This document shows, piece after piece, positions 16,397 through 20,154 of a stretch of DNA of 20,154 nucleotides. The stretch is from Candidatus Fraserbacteria bacterium (GTDB taxonomy: Bacteria > Bipolaricaulota > Bipolaricaulia > RBG-16-55-9). Location: positions 1 to 20,154 of the forward strand of contig JBBIPG010000041.1 in the NCBI GenBank assembly GCA_037442925.1, in the 5' to 3' direction. A program made the position numbers and the translations under genes. Each line of letters starts with the position of its first letter. Position 1 is the stretch's first letter. The notes under the pieces were generated by a model. The model had not been told where the DNA came from. It saw only the letters and a list, made by a program, of their open reading frames with translations, and ran no database searches.

Positions 16397-17434
16397 GTGC
16401 GCTTTAAGCATCTCTCGGCCCTGGTGCCATTCGTTCTCACCGTACCTCTGCTGGTTTTCAGTGTGAGTGCGCTTGGCTACGATCAAGACACGCATTACTA
16501 TCTCACCTTCTATCTTGCTCTGGAGACTGGCTGCTGGGACTGGTGGGAGTCTTGGGTTATAGCGAGCGCGGACTGGTCGCAGGACCTCAATAACACCACC
16601 GTGTCTGAGAAGAGCGTCTTACAAGTGATGAAGAGCCTTCTGGGGAAGAGACCCGACGTTCCCAACCAGCGAAACTGGCATGCGTTTGTGGAAAGAGGAA
16701 GAGAAGAAGAGAGATCGAACCGCCAACAAGAGCTTTGGGAGCGGGTTGAGCGAGAGAGCGATCAGAGCAAACAGCTTGTGCATCTAGGCCAGTTGCTTCA
16801 TTTCGCACAAGACTCCTTTGCACATAGTAACTATGAACCTGGTTTGGGACATGGACTGGCAACCATACTCGGAAACGATCCCGATGCTCTTCATAACAAG
16901 CAACGGGAGATGCGGATGGTCAGAACAACCACGGAGTTTCTCCTCCAGACATGTGACCAGCTTGGAAGGACGCATGAGATGGTGGCGAGTATCGAGAGAC
17001 GAGCAGAGCCTCTTATGGATAGACTCATCCGCCCCAGTTCTTGGGGTTGGAGGTTTTCCAGTCGAGAGGCAGATTCGGCCATCGTGAGAGAAAACATTCA
17101 GACGTTGGGCCAAGCCGTAGAAGAGCATTCTATCCCGCCGTGCTGGGTAACCATAGTTGGGGGTTGGGACAACGAGTTGGCGAGGCACCAGGGTCTGATT
17201 CCAAGCCCCATCCGGATCGAGTACGACGGAAATGGGGAACCAGCGAATCTCGAAGCAGTCAGGGACTACATCGATGATGTGAGAAGCTCTGTGCAAAACT
17301 GCAATGAAGAAGGGTTGGAGCGTCTGTACCGGAGAACTGCAAGAGTCTATCAGCCAATTTTGTTAGACAAGACCACGGATTGGCGTGTCCCTCTTGGCAT
17401 TCTGATTTGGATTATAGCCCTCGTAGCTTTCTAA
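16397..17434 (+). CDS. Surface-anchored Zn-dependent phospholipase C/P1-nuclease-fold (HET-C/DUF6765-like) protein
   Basis: Signal peptide. Mature N-terminus YDQDTHYYLT, then ASADWSQD, NWHAF and LGQLLHFAQDSFAH metal-ligand motifs. C-terminal hydrophobic anchor VPLGILIWIIALVAF. Confidence 0.68.
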   Translation: MRFKHLSALVPFVLTVPLLVFSVSALGYDQDTHYYLTFYLALETGCWDWWESWVIASADWSQDLNNTTVSEKSVLQVMKSLLGKRPDVPNQRNWHAFVERGREEERSNRQQELWERVERESDQSKQLVHLGQLLHFAQDSFAHSNYEPGLGHGLATILGNDPDALHNKQREMRMVRTTTEFLLQTCDQLGRTHEMVASIERRAEPLMDRLIRPSSWGWRFSSREADSAIVRENIQTLGQAVEEHSIPPCWVTIVGGWDNELARHQGLIPSPIRIEYDGNGEPANLEAVRDYIDDVRSSVQNCNEEGLERLYRRTARVYQPILLDKTTDWRVPLGILIWIIALVAF

Positions 17435-17460
17435 GCAGATGTGAACACGGGGTATTCGGC

Positions 17461-17489
17461 TTGACGACGGTGAGGCCGTAAGCTAAGCT
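17461..17489 (+). promoter_or_regulatory. sigma70-type promoter of the tRNA pair
   Basis: TTGACG, 17-nt spacer, TAAGCT (17484-17489), 11 nt upstream of the tRNA. Confidence 0.7.
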
Positions 17490-17500
17490 AGTTCTGCTGA

Positions 17501-17578
17501 GGCGGCGTAGCTCATCCGGTCTAGAGCGTCCGTCTCATAAGCGGAAGGTAGTGGGTTCGAGTCCCACCGCCGCCACCA
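17501..17578 (+). tRNA. tRNA-Met(CAT), probably elongator
   Basis: Acceptor GGCGGCG/CGCCGCC plus ACCA. Anticodon arm TCCGT-CTCATAA-GCGGA (CAT 17536-17538). T arm GTGGG-TTCGAGT-CCCAC. G1:C72 is paired. Confidence 0.93.
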
Positions 17579-17603
17579 GCAAGCTTCGCTTGACGTCCAG
17601 ATT

Positions 17604-17679
17604 GGGGACGTAGCTCAGTTGGGAGAGCGCTGCGTTCGCAACGCAGAGGTCGCCGGTTCGAATCCGGTCGTCTCCACCA
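17604..17679 (+). tRNA. tRNA-Ala(CGC)
   Basis: Acceptor GGGGACG/CGTCTCC with G3:U70, plus ACCA. Anticodon arm CTGCG-TTCGCAA-CGCAG (CGC 17637-17639). 76 nt. Confidence 0.97.
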
Positions 17680-17682
17680 GCA

Positions 17683-17877
17683 TCAATCCCCGCACCCTTC
17701 CATATAGCCACAAGAACAGATCTTATGGCACCCCACCACCAGATCAAACGGCCTACCACACTGAGGACATACATTGGGATCAGAATGAATCAGTCGTTCC
17801 CACTCTTCCCGGCTCAAACCGGAAGATATTCCCTTCCGGCGGCGTTTCTTCTGAGGCTTCGACCTCCGTGGTTCCAT
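17683..17877 (-). CDS. Small CPxCG-type zinc-finger protein
   Basis: CPQCG...GCHKICSCGYMEGCGD, with a basic N-terminus. Upstream AGGGAG, and TATAAT on the minus strand (17895-17890). Fills the gap between tRNA-Ala and the fur-like gene. Confidence 0.65.
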   Translation of the reverse strand: MEPRRSKPQKKRRRKGISSGLSREEWERLIHSDPNVCPQCGRPFDLVVGCHKICSCGYMEGCGD

Positions 17878-17941
17878 GACTCCCTTTGCATTATAAACAC
17901 AGCGGAGCGCGATTTGCCCATATGCTGGGAGGACGACTAGA

Positions 17942-18427
17942 ATGCCTGTGATTATGCAGCAAGAGGAATTCGTACAGCTTTTCCGTAAATACCTCAGAAG
18001 CCGAGGGTTTCACATCACGCACGTCCGAGAGCGGATCGCCCAAGAGGTCTTTCAGCTCTCAAGCCATTTCGATGTGTCGGATCTTTGGGCCAAGCTGCAG
18101 CCAGAGCGGATCGCTCCGGCGACCATCTACCGCACGCTGGAGCTTCTTAGAGAAGCGGGTTTGGTGAGAAGACTGCTTGTAAAAGAGCGTACTTGCTATG
18201 AGGAGAATCTAGGCCGTCCCCATCATGAGCATCTGGTTTGCAGTCAGTGTGGGCAGGTCGTCGAGTTCAGCGATAGAATACTCGAGGACCGCTTGGCAGA
18301 GATCGTCGAGGCCCACGGATTCCGGCATCAGGCCCATCAAGTGCTCATTTGTGGGCTGTGCCCCGCCTGTCAACAAAACTCAAACAGCGAGTCCTCCAGC
18401 CTAGGGGGACCGGAGGCTCGCTGCTAG
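17942..18427 (+). CDS. Fur-family transcriptional regulator (Fur/Zur/PerR clade not resolved)
   Basis: SD GGAGG. Motifs ATIYRTLELL, HHEHLVCSQCG, VEF and GLCPAC. Confidence 0.93.
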   Translation: MPVIMQQEEFVQLFRKYLRSRGFHITHVRERIAQEVFQLSSHFDVSDLWAKLQPERIAPATIYRTLELLREAGLVRRLLVKERTCYEENLGRPHHEHLVCSQCGQVVEFSDRILEDRLAEIVEAHGFRHQAHQVLICGLCPACQQNSNSESSSLGGPEARC

Positions 18428-18483
18428 GTGTACCTGTAAGGAGGTGGTTCTGGCCTCTCCTGCAGCTCTAAGGAGGTCTCTGA

Positions 18484-18573
18484 ATGTCTAGCAAGCATCG
18501 CCATTCTACCTCGCCCCCGGTGGAAAGAGAATGGAAGTCCGGTGAAAATTCGGTGGAAACGCTTTTCATCTAA
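18484..18573 (+). CDS. Candidate 29-aa small ORF (MSSKHRHSTSPPVEREWKSGENSVETLFI)
   Basis: Full SD TAAGGAGGT (18469-18477) lies 6 nt before ATG 18484. Stop TAA 18571-18573 overlaps the convergent gene's stop. Confidence 0.4.
   Translation: MSSKHRHSTSPPVEREWKSGENSVETLFI
18518..18561. repeat. Four 11-bp-phased direct repeats
   Basis: CGGTGGAAAGA / GAATGGAAGTC / CGGTGAAAATT / CGGTGGAAACG starting at 18518, 18529, 18540 and 18551. Confidence 0.6.
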
Positions 18574-19877
18574 AACCGAAGGGTCAAGCCCAGGACCCAA
18601 CCCCGCCGATTGTGGTAACCCAAGCTCAACCAGTGCTCCCCCACACGCAGAGCCGCTCCGCCAAAGACCGTAAGATACGTGGCCGTTTCGCGATAGCCGT
18701 TCGGCATGATTTCAACCAAAGGCCTCATGCCCAAGGCGCTCACAACAATAATAGAATCGCCAGGCGCAGCTACGTGAACGCGCTCTTGCACGGCCACACC
18801 ACCACCTATATGGAGCTGGAATGTCTCCAAGAGCGGCAGCGAAAGCTTTAAATAGGCTTCTGTCTCCGGCCCCTGATTGTAGATGCGCTCGCGGGGGAAC
18901 AGCTCTGGATGTCCTATGTCAAAATAGTTGGGGACTTCGTCCTCCGTGAAAGAAACCGACCCCCCTACGCCCAAGCTGGAAGAGAATCCCAGTTCCAGCC
19001 CTGCACTGAAGATGCTTTCTGCATTGAGCCCGGCGTTTAGCCCCAGTGTGAACGAAGGAACCTCTAGAACGTTCTCATCTGTCGATATCGGAGGAGGAAA
19101 GAGGGGAGGAGGTACGGGATCCAGCCGGATGCTCAACTCCTGGAGAGCACGGTTCTCTAGAGTGATAGTCTTCGACCAACGCTCGTAGCCCTCTTTCACC
19201 AGGGCAACCTGAACCTGGCCCGGTTCGATATCTAGACTTAGAGGGCTCTGGCCGCGCAGTTCCCCATTGACATAGACTTGAGCCCCAGTGGGTTCAGAGG
19301 CGATCCTCAGATACGCCACAGCCGGAGCAACCAGAAATTGGGTCCAGTCCGCAGCCCACTCGCCTGGTTCGACGGTGATCTCAATCAGTTTCTGTACTTG
19401 CGGTTTGAGGGCTTGGGGATCGCCACTCAACTGGGGAAACGGGTGCGCTTCCAGGTCGCCTTGGGCGCTCAATGCGAGAAGTGTGATGGGCTTCAGTAGG
19501 GCCAGAGCCTGAATGGACTCCACTCCCAACGGTTCGGTCACCACGAAACTGTAGCTATTCTTATCAGGTAGGGTGTATTTGCCCGCCTTCAAGAAGTTAT
19601 TTCGGGAGAATCCGTTGGGGAAGAGGAGAATCACTTTGCCCGCCGGGTTGATGTCGTAGATGTACACATACGCATCTTTGCTCAGCTCTACATCCAGCTT
19701 GAGAGCCTCTTTCGGGCTATAGATCTGATGATCCGTCTTGATCTGGATAGAGAGATGGCTTTGGGAGGGTGCGGTGATGATCCCTTGCGGGACAACTTTT
19801 TCTTCCACGGAGCTTCCCAACGTGCCCAACCCCATCAAGCCGAACAGCAATAACGGAATGAGGCGCTTGCGCATCAT
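18570..19877 (-). CDS. Exported DUF4384 + PEGA domain protein with a C-terminal outer-membrane beta-barrel-like region
   Basis: Signal peptide. DAYVYIYDINPAGKVILLFPN (DUF4384). IASEPTGAQVYVNGELRGQSP...KEGYERW (PEGA). Alternating beta-strands ending WVLGLTLRF. Confidence 0.85.
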   Translation of the reverse strand: MMRKRLIPLLLFGLMGLGTLGSSVEEKVVPQGIITAPSQSHLSIQIKTDHQIYSPKEALKLDVELSKDAYVYIYDINPAGKVILLFPNGFSRNNFLKAGKYTLPDKNSYSFVVTEPLGVESIQALALLKPITLLALSAQGDLEAHPFPQLSGDPQALKPQVQKLIEITVEPGEWAADWTQFLVAPAVAYLRIASEPTGAQVYVNGELRGQSPLSLDIEPGQVQVALVKEGYERWSKTITLENRALQELSIRLDPVPPPLFPPPISTDENVLEVPSFTLGLNAGLNAESIFSAGLELGFSSSLGVGGSVSFTEDEVPNYFDIGHPELFPRERIYNQGPETEAYLKLSLPLLETFQLHIGGGVAVQERVHVAAPGDSIIVVSALGMRPLVEIMPNGYRETATYLTVFGGAALRVGEHWLSLGYHNRRGWVLGLTLRF

Positions 19878-20154
19878 CCTCACCTTCTTGATTTCAGCTA
19901 CACGCTTCAGAGCTCAAGGGTTTCACCTGATCCATCATAGGAATCTAGAAAGGACAGTGCAAATCATCATCTCTTTTGACATCCACGATTTTGTCTATAC
20001 AAAGCCCGATGCATGAGCAGGTGAAAGTGCTGTGCTATTGGTCCTGAACACGATCGGAATACCCGCCTTCCCCTTGACAAAGACCTCCCCAGCTCTTTCC
20101 CTCTGGGAAAAGCCTCTCACCGGAGGGATGATCATGTCTGAGCTGGAGAGGTTC

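Noticed and set aside
17501..17578. Initiator tRNA-fMet or tRNA-Ile2
   Set aside because: 1:72 is a G:C pair and the anticodon stem lacks three consecutive G:C pairs, so it is not fMet. The GGC acceptor start favours elongator Met; Ile2 is less likely but not formally excluded.
12045..17679. tRNA-integrated genomic island with att sites
   Set aside because: The accessory block lies 5' of the tRNAs, no integrase or transposase is present, and I found no duplicated tRNA end in the window.
17819..17839. Hairpin CCGGAAG-N7-CTTCCGG as tRNA operon terminator
   Set aside because: It lies inside the Zn-finger ORF and has no immediate U-tract; not supportable.
64..20016. Numerous short overlapping/antisense ORFs in the track (e.g. 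8091-8666, 11555-12040, 16784-17296, 17535-17774)
   Set aside because: They are shadows of better-supported genes, tRNAs or the riboswitch, with no motifs or RBS support.
19884..20154. CDS or RNA at the right edge
   Set aside because: Minus-strand frames open at the edge give unrecognisable peptides, and TTGACA at 20074 has no matching -10. Needs flanking sequence.

Overview
Bacterial chromosomal window, GC-rich by eye. Gene content (DUF4384-PEGA, archaeal-type cohesin/dockerin) is loosely compatible with a deep-branching lineage such as Ca. Bipolaricaulota; this is weak inference only. There are three blocks. (1) 1-12016 is a surface-glycan region. A sigma70 promoter, a palindromic operator and a c-di-GMP-I (GEMM-I) riboswitch, all read directly from the sequence, head a minus-strand run: DUF2334 deacetylase -> processive GT2 synthase -> 3x cohesin + dockerin protein. 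Next to it are two secreted GH113 hydrolases and wecB (UDP-ManNAc supply). Together these are my best candidate for an undescribed system: a riboswitch-gated, ManNAc-based exopolysaccharide/matrix locus. (2) 12045-17434 is an accessory block: ParA plus a small RHH partner, with phased YYRR tetramer arrays as candidate centromere/operator sites; an N4-mC methyltransferase plus endonuclease; a duplicated-motif membrane protein; and a surface Zn-PLC/P1-like enzyme. (3) 17461-20154 holds tRNA-Met(CAT), tRNA-Ala(CGC), a small Zn-finger ORF, a Fur-family regulator, a structured repeat-bearing intergenic region with a strong-SD small ORF, and a DUF4384-PEGA-beta-barrel protein. All family calls come from motif recognition; no searches were run.
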